A stretch of DNA of 64,000 bases from Podarcis liolepis (taxonomy: Eukaryota), in assembly GCA_965112155.1 (NCBI GenBank), contig OZ218100.1; one strand, given 5' to 3'. The notes beneath the pieces were generated by a model. That model ran no database searches, was not told the origin of the DNA, and saw only the letters and a list, made by a program, of their open reading frames with translations. The translations under genes were made by a program, and so were the position numbers. Below, piece after piece: positions 1 through 13,579 of the stretch. Numbering within the stretch: position 1 is the stretch's first letter; the number at the start of each line of letters is the position of its first letter.

Positions 1-3000
1 TATATACAACTCTAAAATCAAGTTCAAATCTGAGATTCATCATTGTCTTTGGTAGTTTCTCTTTTTAAGTGTCCTGACCCTAGAAAAAGTGGGCCAATTA
101 CCTTCCAAACAGATACTTAAGTAGATACTTTTGGAAAGTTTTCACAATAAACCAAAGAACACTCTGTCTCGGTGTACTTCTGGATAGCTCTAACATTCCC
201 ACTGAAATTATTCTACGGTGTAACTCCTTAGCTACCTTCAGCTCACAAAGTGGTGCCACTTAGATTCCAGGTGTGAGTTATTCATTTTCAGGCATTTGAA
301 AAAGCCAACCTGACCTTCTCAGGTCAAAATAGACCTTTTAAGCACTGATGAAAAGCACACCCACCCCCTCTGTACAGTTAATGATCTTGCCATGTATCAG
401 GACTTGCCACATACCAGAACATTCTTCTAAGTACCAAAACTCTGTAGTTTAGAGGTTCCGATTCTCCTTTGTGTGTGTCAGTTAAGTGACTGGCAGAAGA
501 AGAAGGAAAAACTTTAGCATGTTCTCTTTTCAGGTGTTAACAGGGCTATATTTGAGTCAGCTTTTTTCACTGGATATTTTGAGTCAACTCTATATGGATT
601 TCAGAGGATCTTATGCATTGTTGAAGGGGCTTCCTTCAAAAATCTCATATTTTGTTAACAGAAACATATGCATCACTCCTCAACTTGTCCTAAAACAATC
701 AAGTAATTATGTGAAAAATAGAGCATGCAGTGTGATTTAAGCTAGTAGGATACGAGAGCCGGGGGGGGGGGAATCACATCTGACAACCAATTCGCCCCTT
801 TGATTTCAGATAGTATAAGGGTAGATGAGTCTAATAAGTCCTGGACACAATTTTTCGTGGCCCTCTAGAGGTTTTGGTGGCTCATGTACCAGAAGTAATG
901 TTATTTAGCATTCTGTATACTCGATTCTGACCAAACTAAGCCTCCTAGAGCAAAATATACACCAGTGAGGGATGTGGCCTGGGGAGGGTGAGTGGCCTGA
1001 GCAGAGTCCTGAAGGTGAGATATAGAGACCAGGGGAGCAGCATATGGCTCCAGGGCCTGAGGTTTCTCAGTCTTGATTTAAGGAAAACCAGCCGAGATAG
1101 AAGATACATAATTTGGAGCCACATCATATTTACATTCCTGGTTCCTAATCCATCAAGTGCTATATGTGCAGAAGCCCATTAATGTGAAAGGTCTGCTTTG
1201 CTAGGCTGAGACCTAAGCATTGTGTGACTGTAGAGAGAAGAGTGTAGCTCTGGGGCCTCAGGACTATTATCTTCGGCATTAAGTTCCTCCACACAGATTA
1301 TCCCTAGGAAATGCTGGGCTTCAATAGGAAAAAAGTTCCCCACCCCTGATTTAAGGAATGAATGATTTTGATGAATTCCTGCCACCATATCTCTTCCCAA
1401 AGGTCTCCCAACCCACAGAAGCAGACTTTAAGGGACACAGAGGGAGGTCCAGGAATATAGAAATCCTGTTCCATGAACGTGAACTTTGTTTCATTAAGAA
1501 AAGTAAGGTTAGGACAATCCTTGCCTTTGCCTTTACTCATATACAACTCAACACATACCAAATTAACTGCTAGATTAATTGACTGAAATGTAAGCCTATG
1601 GATGTGTACTCAGGATAAGACCCACTAAGTCCATTGGGCTTGACTCCCGGATAAGTATGTACAGAACTGCAGCCTAGAATTCATACAGTTGACTTATTTA
1701 ATCAGGTTACAGTTGCACTTAAAGTTATTCTGTCTCTCCTTTAATATTGGTACATGCATGTGTATGTGGATCCTCTAATGGTGATTCCCTCTCCCACCCT
1801 GCCAACATACCAATGCAGGGGTGCATTTAAGAGCTGTGGAGTGCTGTATGTAAGTACCTGGATCAGCTATATATCAACTCTTTAAAGCAGACAAATTGCT
1901 ATAATTGCTTCGGCAAGTTAATTACAGCCACCAAAAACACCTGCCAGCTTGTGGGTATGTTAGCAGAAGCTAAGGCCAGCGATCTCATAAAAGGCGTATA
2001 TATCTGTCTATATGTTGCACATATTGCAGAGTGATTCAGAACGTGGAAGACAGCGAGAAGAATCCATAGAAGTAATATAATTTTAACAATGTTTGGCTTT
2101 CTCTGTGGGTCATGTAACAAGTAACAGATGGTGGAAGAAAAACCTAACATTTGTTTTTCTAATTTCAAGTTTAAAGGATGTCATGCATGAGTAAAGCATA
2201 AAAACTAATGGGTTGAAACAGTTTCAGTACAGGTCTAGAAAAACCTCAGCTCTTAAGTTGTTTTCCAAGAGGACATCAAAGTACGTAGCTTTAACAATGC
2301 ATTTAAAAGTGGGTCTAAAATTCTATTATCAATGTAAAAGATTAATAACTCCATAAAGGCCAATGGAATAAAACCTGGATTTTGTACTTGCAATGGAAAA
2401 CCAAATATTGTTTCTGTTCTTTTCCATTAAAGTAATAGATGTTACTGGTGTAGGCTTACTAGGACTGAGAATGCACAACACAACGAGTGCCAGCTACTTG
2501 ATATGACTATCGCCATTTTATAGGGGCTGAAGTCAAATTTGGGAGCTGGCAAATCATTCAGTTCTACAGAACAGGCATGCAAGTTGTATTTCCTCTGCTT
2601 GTTATACCTTTTCCTTGACTAGGCCCTTTCTCAGTAGCACGCTGTTTAGAAGAAAACTTTTCCTGCAAAAAAAGAAGAGGGGGAGGGTATCAGTTCTTAA
2701 TGTTAGCAAGTTTGGTTATGCAGCTGTAGTGCTTGATGTCTCCTCTTGCCCAGACGTAATTAGCCCAGGAGACTTGGAGATCTGATCTGCTGACCAAAGT
2801 ATAATTTTTTAAAAAGATTCCCACTCATGTACTTACATATGTTCAGGTCATTGAATAAAGGTTGGGGATAAAGCTTGCGGCAACTAAAAAACTGGAAGCA
2901 GGATGGTACCTGTAGTTCATATCTCCTCCATTTGTGGAATTCTATAACTCCTGCATAGAGCTAGTTAGACATGTAAATCAGCTGGCCTACATCCACAGTA

Positions 3001-3097
3001 GACCTAGCAGATGGCAGAAGACAAAAGTGAAGCTGTCGGACAAACCTCCTATGGAAGAGAGTTCTGGAAATGGGGTGCAGCCACTGAAAGGCCCTCT

Positions 3098-3868
3098 CAG
3101 TCAATAAGTCAGTCAGTTTTATTGCACATAGCCAAAGGCTGCTGCAATGTACACAGAACCATTCAACAATTAAAAGAAAATATGCCAGACTAATACAAAA
3201 AACTTAAAACATTTATATTATCAAGACATTACCTATTAAAACAGAGCTATAAAATACCTTAATATACAGGTTAAGACATTAAACAATAAAATTTATAGGC
3301 TAAAATGGCCACTAATATATTAAAAAATAATGTTAATTAATACAATGTGCAATTATATTTGGAGTTTGGTGATAAAGACAGAATATAGCTTGATGTAGAT
3401 AGGGTCAAATAAAATCATCTCCTTTCAGATGGTGGCTATCTTTGCTATATACCGTATTTTTCGCTCTATAACACGCACCCGACCATAACACGCACGTAGT
3501 TTTTAGAGGAGGAAAATCCGTAGGCATGCCACCCGTAGGCATTTCCTCCATAACACGCACAGACATTTCCCCTTACTTTCTAGGAGGAAAAAAGTGAGTG
3601 TTATGGTGCAAAAAATACGGTAATTTGCTCTAATTTTCCTAGCGGCAGTTGCAAAGAGTGCTACACACCAGGTCACATACTTATCTATGTCTGTGAGAAG
3701 ATATAAAATCATGTCAGAGGGGTTCTGGCCAGAGGACCTTGTCCTTATAGGTGCTAAAAATCATTCTCTTGCTTCATTATATAAGGGGCAGTGCAAGATA
3801 TAATGCATAAGGTCCTCTACTTCAGGACATCCCCTAATGCAAACACGTTCGTTTGTGAAAGGCCCTCT
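3098..3868 (-). mobile_element. 3' fragment of a non-LTR retrotransposon (RTE-X-like), interrupted by a MITE
   Basis: Minus strand translates RPFTNERVCIRGCPEVEDLMHYILHCPLYNEARE*FLAP...LYLLTDIDKYVTWCVALFATAARKIRAN, a degenerate C-terminal CCHC knuckle region. It is followed by an AT-rich 3' UTR, AATAAA and a (TGAC)n-like tail near 3098-3122. Confidence 0.6.
3452..3620. mobile_element. Tc1/mariner-superfamily (Tc2-like) MITE
   Basis: TIRs CCGTATTTTT...AAAAATACGG, TA on both sides (3450-51, 3621-22), repeated internal ATAACACGCAC motif. Confidence 0.85.
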
Positions 3869-5426
3869 CAAACTATCTGTTTGAAATAGTTATATTTTCC
3901 CTCCAAGCTGATCATAAAAGGCAACAGGTACGTGGGAGGGGAGCCTGGGAGGTAGAGGAGAACTGTAGTGTTGTGAGCGACAGCTTTAGCTTCTAACCAG
4001 CGAATGACTTTACCAAGGCTTTCCTTTTAGATTCTCATCACAGTGTAGAAGGAAGAACTTATTAGTGGAGCAAAAATTAAAACAAACTCTAAAACTGTCT
4101 TTGATTCATCATGACTTTCTAACCCCTACACCTACCCTTAAAATATGTTGCAAGGTATTTGCCTAGCAGCATCTGTGATATGTGTTATTTTTGTACAAAA
4201 ACCACAGGTGATACAAATCTCTTATTCTAAACTTTAAAGATTTGCCTTGCAAAAGCCCCTGCTGATCCTATCCTCCTGAAATTCGGCAAAAGGGGTAAGT
4301 ATTCCTGTGAATCTTATCTGACGCTGGAAGATAAAACAAACTTATAAGTGTTCCCTAGCACAGAAGTCCCTGCACCTATTTGTCTGAATCGTGGCAGGCG
4401 TCATATATCCAGAATGAGTTACCATATCTGAAAATTTCTTCCAATTCTGACCATTCTTTCCCAATTCAGATGGAACAGCTGGATGTCATCTGTTTTCAGT
4501 CATTCCATTAAGCCACATCTGGGGCAGTGACTGCTGCAGGCACAATAGGATCTATTAGTGTAGCTGCAACAAGGCAACATCTTATTTTTGTTGCTGTAGC
4601 AATACCATAACTTTTTGCATAGGAAATTGTTTCAATTGTTTTTAGATATGCAACTCTTTATAAAAGTTTATAAATTGTATTCCAGTTGTATTGTAATATC
4701 TCTTTGAGATACTTCATAGGGAGTGATTCATGAATGAAAGATATAGTAACAATAACAAATTAGGGGACTTTAAAACTGCCCTGTGCATTTCCCTCCAGTG
4801 CATAAGCCAATGGAGATGGATCATAGATAGATCTAGCTGCAACATCGTTTTGGGAAAGCAGCAGCTTAAAAATCATACAGTCCACTAGTGAACTGGAAGA
4901 TGTTTATAGTTATCCTAAGACCAAGCTGCAGGAGCAAATATAGGTGAACTATGAATTAACTAATATTTATTATGCAGAGCAGTGTGTGTGTGTGTTTGTC
5001 AAGTTCTTACCACTTACAAAATAACATCCTTTTCTAATATAAACTTCCAGGCTTATATTATGTGGTCAATTTGCATCTAAAATGCAAAATAGGCACCAAA
5101 AAAATGACCCCTGGAACATCAACACAGCTCAGCAACTAAGCACACCTGCTTACCTTGCAAGTTGCCTCTGAATCTGAGGTTATTAGCATCCAGGGATAGT
5201 GTGTTTGTGAGGGAAAGAAGGGGGAGACATAATTCATCATGACCAATGTGTAGCCATTAGTGAGGACACATTTTTGCACTGCACTCTGCTATTCAGCAGA
5301 GGCAAGCCTACAACCCACTTTATGAGCTGGAAGAAAACTCTCAAAACAATCTCCTCTCCCCAAATATCTATAAATATAAAAGTGATTTCAGATCATGCTT
5401 ATGTGAATTTGCCAGTCACTAGTTTT

Positions 5427-5530
5427 GACCAAACTGCAGGAGGCAGTAGAAGACAGAAGTGCCTGGCGTGCTGTGGTCCATGGGGTCACGGAGAGTCGGA
5501 CACGACTAAACAGCTAAACAACAACAACAA
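5427..5530 (+). mobile_element. BovB (RTE) LINE, extreme 3' end
   Basis: GCCTGGCGTGCTGTGGTCCATGGGGTCACGGAGAGTCGGACACGACTAAAC followed by a (CAA)n tail; AGTTTT on both flanks. Confidence 0.85.
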
Positions 5531-8359
5531 AGTTTTAGCCTTCTCTGTATAATGCTAATCGGTAATGGTAATGTAGCTTATATTTACATAGTTGTGCAAG
5601 GGAGTTCCTCTCCTAGTGGTTTTAATTTCTAGGTAAACTGGGTGAGGGCAATTCAGGTAGACAATTAACAATTTGAACAAGGAATGTTTTAAAAAAGCGT
5701 TCTGCAATTTAAAAATATCTCCAAAATACAAAATAGGGACAAAGATTGACCAGGGACAGGAGGCAGAAAATAAAGGTTGTGCCTGGAAAATCCTAGTGAT
5801 AATCAAAAGTCCTATCCAGGCATTCACCTGAAATGGTGGTGAGGGTGGAACAGGGCTACACATGTCAATCCTGCACCCAAGACCCTAGTCTTCACTGACT
5901 GGAGCCTCAGACATCTGCTTATTGGGTAGAAGAACTAAAGAATGGTTGTTGGGGTTTTTTTGCACATTTGGCTGCATGTGATCAGCATGCTCCCCATAGC
6001 ACATTGATAGAACTGGGAAGTCATGGGTAGAATCATAAGTGCACTAAGCCAAAGGATCTTCTCCCTCAGTGAGGGGGAACTTGGGTGGTAGTGAGGGTAT
6101 GTATGTGCATGAGGGGATGCTGGAAAAAAGGCTGGCATGCACCCACACACTCGCCACATGCTTTAACCCTCCTATGTCTAATATCTGAACAGGGCTAGAT
6201 TATGTAGACCTTTGGCCTGCTTGCTCAAAATGGCAGTGGACCCAGATGTGCTAGGATGTTTGATCGGTAGCTTGGGCTGAGATGACCACAAGACACTTTA
6301 CTCCTGGGGAAAGAGTTGGTATATCCACTGGCCTTGCTGATTTACCTGCCCTGTGACTAGGACGTTTTATCACTTTTTTATTATTAATAAGAATATTCTG
6401 TTGGGAGCCGCTCAGAGTGGCTGGGGTATAAATAATAAATTATTATTATTACTCACAAAACACAGTGACTTGCTGGGAATATAAAGGGTCAGATGGTCTC
6501 TCAAGTAACCTGGTTCTGAACTGTATAGGACTTTTCATGTTTGTACCAAAATTTTGAACCTGACCCAGTAGCAGTCTGGCAGCCAGTGCAAATCCTGCAA
6601 AAAGGTGTTTTATGCTGGTGGTGGTTTGCCCCCACAAGCAGCACAGTTGCCCTGCATTAGCTGAAGCCTCTAGAACAATCTCAAGGTTAGCACCACGCAG
6701 AGCACATTGCAGTAATCCAACCTTGAGGTTCCCAATGCATGGGCTACTGTTGTCAAGCTGGTAAATGACCACATACACCACATACACTTGGATTTTCCAT
6801 GAACCTGGGTGTATGGGAGGGTGGGGAAGAGCATCACACGGCAGCATAGTGTGTCTGTGTTCTCCTGCACAACACACAACCTTCAGTGCAGAAGTTTCCG
6901 CCACCACTATCCAATTATGTAATGTCCTCAGCGGAGGTGTGTGCTATGGCTCACAGCCTCTTCCTCCTTTAGTTCTGGCAAATGGCCAAAGGACAAAATT
7001 ATGACAAAATAAAATAAAATTCAAGTGGGGTGGCAATCCCATTAAATATATACACCCTCCTTCCCTCTCTCTCTCCTATGGCATCTAAGAAGAAAAATTG
7101 GTGCCTCGTTTGAAAAATCACAATTAGAATGCTTTGGCCAGAAAGAGGAAAATGAACTGACCAAGGTCATTCTGGAGGTCAGCAAGTAATGAGAAAGTAA
7201 TTATGAGAAAGAGGCTGTATTTCATTTCTGTGAGTTCTCTGGCTCCAATAGCCTTTCCCGAAGACTAAAATCTTTACATTTTTCTTATATCTTGGCCTTT
7301 TACCCTTCCGTGTAATGTTTAGTTTGTTGTAGTCAAAGCTTAAAATGAATTTTCGTGCCTTGCCATCCTCCGCCCAATCCTGGCATGGCTTTTAAGACAT
7401 CTCAGCTCCTGCCCATTTGCTTGCTGGTGCTCTGGAAACAAAAGGGCCAGTCAGACGTTGAATAGCAGGTATACTGTTGCACAGGTAGTTAATGAAAGAG
7501 ATATTTGATTACAAAGGGATAAGTAACCTCCCTGTAGCCTGCAATTAACATTTAACTTGATATGGCCAATAAGCCAACTGAAAGGAGCATCAACTGTATG
7601 AAAAGGACTTTTTCTCTCATCATTATTAGACTCATCGCCCACAGACACTAGCAGACATTATTCTATTGTGCTTGGTGATTTGGTTTGCACATTGCAACAA
7701 AGCTCGGCTTTGGGTATAATAAGTATGACAGCTATTGAAGTGGTTCTTACCCATTACCAGAAACAATGTTATGAATTGCTCATGTTTCCAAAGCCATGGG
7801 AATGTTTTGTAACTGTTTAAGGAGGTTCTAGGCCACTGTCCTGCTCACCAAGCAATTTACTGCCAGGTTTTTGAAGCAAAGGTTGACCCCCCCCCCATCC
7901 CACTTACAATGGCTGCACTTTGTTGTAGGAAGCCCATCTCGATGCCCAATTCTCTTTGCGTGTGTGGAACTGATCTTTTCATAGGCTAACTCTTGTAAGC
8001 AGAAGACTTTCATGCATTTATCGGAATCTACATTATGCTATGGATTACATGATCATGATAACAACAATAATAATGTAACTGATTTAGTAATTGCTTTCTA
8101 AACAACCACCTTGAGGCTATGCACACTAAAGATAATTAAAAGCCATTAAGAACACAAAAACAGCAAATATATTTTAAACAAAATGAAAAGTAGACATTTG
8201 TTGTAGAGACCTATTCATCCATCTGGGAAAGTATGTTGGAATATGTCTTCAATACCGTAGTTTCCAAATAATAGGAATTAGAAACTGAAAAGATGTGCTT
8301 ATGTTGTCCATTCTTGTGTTGTCCATTCTGCTTCCATTGATCTCATTGTTTCACTATGT

Positions 8360-8495
8360 CAGTGATGTCCAAACTTGGCCCTCCAGCTGCTTGGGGACAA
8401 CAGTTCCCATCATCCCTAGCTAACAGGACCAGTGGTCAGGGATGATGGGAATTGTAGTCCCCAAACAGCTGGAGGGCCAAGTTTGGCCATCACTG
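8360..8495. mobile_element. hAT-type palindromic MITE (136 bp)
   Basis: Near-complete fold-back CAGTGATGTCCAAACTTGG...CCAAGTTTGGCCATCACTG; perfect 8-bp TSD CACTATGT (8352-59, 8496-8503). Confidence 0.9.
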
Positions 8496-9030
8496 CACTA
8501 TGTGGGATCAGCAAAGCTTCTGTATGACTTTCTGGAATTGGATGTGATGATTCAGCATCTTAAAACACGTTATTCAAGATAAAGTAAAACTATCTAATTT
8601 TATGGAGAAGACAACGATTCCATGTTGGGATCTGGAAGCCTGATTTTGACAGGATCCTTGCACAAGAGCTATTAGCGTATGGCTGCAAACCCAAAAGAAA
8701 ATAAGGAGGCAAAAGTTATTGGATATTCTGCACTCCAGCTTGGTCCACTAGAGCAAATTGGCTGTCCATTCATAAACAAGAAAGCATCCAAATAATGTTG
8801 AGTCAGTGCTCAGGGGCTCAGATGACATCAGTAACAGAGTTGGCTTCTCTTTTAATTTTGATAAGTGTTGGATGCACAGATACTGTCAATGTCCACAACA
8901 GGTATGGCAATATGGTCACCTCTCTCTTTAGCAGATTCAAAGTGGTGGCATGGTTTAACAACAACAAAAAAATAATTTTGCTTCCAAGACAAAGGAAAAT
9001 GGTATCTTGGTTTAGGTGTGGAGGGAAATA

Positions 9031-9871
9031 CAGTGGTACCCCGCAAGACGAATGCCTCGCAAGACGGAAAACCCGCAAGACGAAAGGGTTTTCTGTTTTG
9101 GAGGCGCTTCGCAAGACGAATTTCCCTATGGGCTTGCTTCGCAAGACGAAAGCCCATAGGGAAATCTTCGGGGACCTGTTTTAAATTGCTGGCGGTTGGG
9201 AGCAAAGACTTTCGCCCACAGCCGGCCTTCAGAAGAGGTCCTGGAACTCTTCTGAAGGCCGGCGGGGGGCAAAAGTCTTTGCTCCCCCCCGCCTGCCTTC
9301 CCAGGACAGCGGAGACTTCACCGCTGCCCCGGGCGATCTTAAAATGCTGGCGGGCGGGAGCGAAGCGTTCGCTGCCGACCCCCAGCATTTTAAAATCTCC
9401 CCCGGACAGCAGAGAAGTCTCTGCTGTCCTGGGGAGATTTTAGAATGCTGGGGGTCGGGAGCGAAGCGTTCGCTGCCGACCCCCAGCATTTTAAAATCTC
9501 CCCGGGACAGTCTCTGCTGTCCCGGGGAGATTTTAAAATGCTGGCGGGCGGGAGCGAAGTGGTGCCTCGCAAGACGAAATTAATTCGTTCCGCGAGTTTT
9601 TTCGTCTAGCGAATTTTTCGTCTTGCAAAGCACGGTGTCGGAAAAGTTTTGGAAAAGCTTCAAAAATCACCAAAAACCTCAAAAAAGGCTACCACACTGT
9701 GTTCTATGAGTTGCTCCTCGAAGTCAAGTCGCAACTGTATTAACGGTGTTAAGAAAAAGGAAACAAACTTGCAAGACGTTTTCGTCTTGCGAAGCAGCTC
9801 AAAAACCGCAAAACCCTTTCGTCTAGTGAGTTTTTCATCTTGCGAGGCATTCGTCTTGCGGGGCACCACTG
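9031..9871. mobile_element. Young non-autonomous Tigger/pogo-like DNA transposon
   Basis: Long TIRs CAGTGGTACCCCGCAAGACGAATGCCTCGCAAGA... / ...TCTTGCGAGGCATTCGTCTTGCGGGGCACCACTG, TA TSD, many subterminal CGCAAGACG repeats, CpG retained, no transposase ORF. Confidence 0.9.
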
Positions 9872-10795
9872 TATACTCTCTGTGGTCACCTGCTGGTGCT
9901 AAAGTCCAGGATACTGATGTGGTCTGTTAGCTACAGGGCATTTTGCTCAACTCAAATGCTGGTTTCAGTTGTCCTCTTATGCCCAAGTACATGTGCATAG
10001 GATTGTAATAGTAATGGGGTTCAGGTAATTAATAACCCTCCATTAAAATAATACATTCAGGGAGTTGCATGTGGCCACATTGCCAAAGATTAAGATTAAT
10101 AAATATGAAGGGAGGGAGGTTAGAATGATACCTGACCTCCACCTGCATGAGTGGAAAATTATATTAGACAGGCCTCCCATTCTGGTGATAGCTGGTGTAG
10201 GGCCTCAAAACAGGACGTATTGGGGCAAGGTGGGTCTCAGCTGACAAAGGATCTTACAGATCCTATATTGGCCCATTACCAGTTGGCCTGACTAGTAGGA
10301 GCTGGCAAGGTTTCAAATGTGGTGGCAGCTCTACTACTCCAATCATCCCCCACTCAGAGTTAGGATTTCCCTGCATGCAGGCAGTTCTATACACAATTAC
10401 ATGGGAGTAAGTCCACTAAGTAGATGTGCACTTTAAGATATATCACAATCACTTTCTCTCTTTTATTATACTTGCAATGCAATACTATGCAAGTGAGTTC
10501 TGGGAGGCTTACTCCCAAGTAAGTGGGTGTAGGATTGCAGTATTACGGAGCCTAGTTGAAAATGGAACTCTATTAGTATTACTAATTGGTTGGAGGTACT
10601 TACAAGGTTTTTCAAATATATAAAATAAGCCCTATTACTGAACAGTAGAGAAGAAAAGAATGACTGACACCAAGGAGTATTGCATTGCTTTTTGTTGCCT
10701 TGAGGTTTCTTTGAAACCAGAAAGTGCCTGTGGATTCTGAATGAGCGTTAATGATTCATCGTTATTGTGTGTGGGTACCAGGCTGTTTCCCTTAC

Positions 10796-11290
10796 CACTG
10801 TGCATACTGTCACTACTGGTTTGTCACAGCTTGGTCAAATGCGAATTGTGAGATGCCGGGGGCGGAGGGAAATGCCTTACTCCCACACTCTCTGCCCTTC
10901 TTTCTCAACACTTTTTTTAAAATTCTCAATATTAAAACAATTATAAACCAAATACCAGCGCTGTTCCCCACTGAACTTTTTTTTTAACATTAAAAAGTTT
11001 CCTGAAAGACCATTTAAAGCACCTCTTTCTCATGCTGATTTGGAACAGTTCACAGGTCCAGTTAGGTGCAGCTTCAGTGCCATTTTGGATTGGAAATTAG
11101 CTCTCCACTTCTTCTTCCTAGTAGCAATGGTGCCATGCAGAATCAAATTCAGCTAGGTGTCTATATCATTGAATAGCAGACAAAGCTGCTCAGAGTGAGG
11201 GTGGTGCTTCCTGAAAAGGCATTGCTTTCATTCTGCACTAGCTTCATTTATACTCCTCGATCTCACCATGCAGCTGCATCTGATTGGCTG
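10796..11290 (-). promoter_or_regulatory. Candidate Pol II promoter and first exon
   Basis: Minus strand: AGCCAATC (11289-11282), E-boxes CAGATG/CAGCTG, TATAAAT (11252-11246), then ATG CAC AGT G|gtaagg at 10805-10790. The block is TE-free. Confidence 0.4.
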
Positions 11291-12332
11291 GGACAACACG
11301 GTTATCCAAACAGAAAACAATGCCAAAACTGTAACCAACCAGGCTGTGTAAAAGTTAAGAGAGGAATGTTTTTGTCGCACTTGCATTGCAGGGTATGGGG
11401 AAACCAAAGATCACCTGAATGGCATGTGATCCATTCATGGGGCTTTTTCAGATCAGGAGATAAAGGCGGTTGGAGAGGCTGCAGAGTGCAGAAAAGAAGA
11501 ATGCACACACACGCTACGCATGGCCACTTTGCAACAATAAGGTAAACTCAACCAGCTCACACTGAAATTATTCAGAAATTGTGAAGTGCCCTGAGAAAGA
11601 GGCGGAAACACCTCTTTTGCATAGGAATATTTTTTTAAAATAAATTAGAGAATAGCTTTCGGCACAGCACTAATGTCATATTCTGCACACCACCAAATTC
11701 AATTTGATAATGAAATAAAGGACTAGGAAAGGGCTTTGGCAGTGATCCAGTCCTCTGCTCAACACAGAATCTTCAGTGTACCAGAGAACTAAAACTGCAG
11801 TTCTGTGGCTTCAGGCAGGAACATTCCCAACAACTGAAACAAATTCCATTAAGAATTTGTAATCTTTAAAATGAAACAGTCCCAAAGTCCTTCTGCTTTT
11901 CTAGAATTATGCTAAGCAGTGTCTGCTTCATCCATTCAATGGATTGGATAGAGAAGATATACTTTAAAGAGCACTGTTGATTAGCATGGACCTAAGGACC
12001 TTGGAGTCAGATCTAGCAACCCTATTGACCTGTAGCAACTGGAGGTTTAGGCAAATTATTCACCACAAAGGAAAGACACCACATAACTTTATTGATGCAA
12101 ATGTTCAGAAACATAGAACCTCTGCATCTTGTTTGCTCTGGTTCATTTTGTAGTATCTGTATTCCCATACAGGCTTGTTGCAGTCTGGCAATGATTCCCC
12201 CAGGCAGCAATTCATTGTGGCAGAAGGCTCATCAACTGATGGCTGGTTTTCAAGAGTGGAAGGAGATGCTGGCATGCAATACCAGTTGTACAAGCTCCAG
12301 TAAATGTCATCCGTGGCCTTGTCATGACATGG

Positions 12333-12537
12333 CAGAATTGCCATATCAAATCCCCCCCCCCAAATAAGGGATGCTGCAGAGCTGAGATGTTTCCTCGACA
12401 GAATTTTGAGCTATATATAGCCTTCTGAAATGAGAGACATCCATCATATTGTACCAGGCAATGCTGTTCTGGATTAAGAGACAATCCCCATTAAAATGAG
12501 AGATGTCCTTAAATCGAAGGGACATCTGGCATCTCTA
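12333..12537. mobile_element. Degraded hAT (Blackjack-like) MITE
   Basis: Ends resemble TAGGGTTGCCA/TGGCAACCCTA (here AGAATTGCCATA...GGGACATCTGGCATCTCTA); similar to the better-preserved copy at 20794. Confidence 0.45.
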
Positions 12538-12676
12538 TGATATGCAACTACACAGCAGGGGGAATGAATTGAAATCATCAGACTGGGGAGCAACAAAACT
12601 TGCTTTATATCAGGCCCCCTTGAAGCACTACCAAAAAGGATATCCACAGAAACTATGCACTCCGTTAGCAATTGGG

Positions 12677-12726
12677 CATCATTCTTTTTAGTATGCCCCT
12701 CCATCATTCTTTTTAGTATGCCCCTC
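12677..12726. repeat. Perfect 25-bp tandem duplication
   Basis: CATCATTCTTTTTAGTATGCCCCTC occurs twice in tandem. Confidence 0.9.
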
Positions 12727-13579
12727 CAATAAAGTCACCTCAACTGCAGTATTTACTTAGGACTTTAATAATCGTTCATTCTGTAGAGTTCCAAATTCAG
12801 TTTTGTGACTTAGGACTTCAGCTGTGTGCCCCCAATTACACTTAGTAAAATGAATATCCCCTTTCCTGTGATGAATGAGTCATTCTCACTCAGGTACAGC
12901 TTTCTGCTTACTGGCACTTAGTGTTCAAATGTCACCTTCATGTCCTGCCATGTTTGACTGACTCTTCAAATGGGAAGCCAGTGCTTCCTTTTTAATCATC
13001 CCTACTGGGAAAGAAAAGTATTGGTATTTATAGCTAGGATACTTTGCACCACAAATAGAAAGGTTCTCTTATCCACCTTGCAGCAATGGCTTGGATCCCA
13101 AGATTCTGTGAACAGAATTCGACTCTCAGAAAGGACACTACATCTCTGTTTGATATGCAGAAATGATTTGTGCCTCTTCTTGCAGCCTCTTCCACTGACT
13201 GAAGCTCTGCCTTGCAGAATTGGGAGAGCCTCTACCGGGGGAAGGAGAGTCAGCAAAAAACAACAACAATCTCCCTTTTTTCTATTGATCCATTGCTGGA
13301 CAGAAAACCTTTCCATTCATTCACACCATTCCATTCTGTTCTAAACTGCAGGAGAAGCTGCATTTCCCCCCTTTTCAGTTAAACATCTTTGCATGTTTAA
13401 ACTACCTTTAATCAACCACATTGCTGTATTCAACGGTTAGGGTGAGATATTTTATTGCCGATTCATTGTTCCATTTTCTCTCATTACATTCGCATCGACT
13501 TTTTGATAAGGCATTAGGAAGTCATATAGCACACAATTACTTGTTTATATAAATACTTATATACAAGGGGAAGTCAGAG

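Noticed and set aside
9341-9560. CRISPR-like repeat periodicity
   Set aside because: Eukaryotic DNA; the intervening units are themselves repeats rather than unique spacers, and there are no cas genes.
8795-9930. Cluster of long overlapping ORFs on both strands
   Set aside because: By-product of the GC-rich palindromic MITE; no transposase or other recognisable domain.
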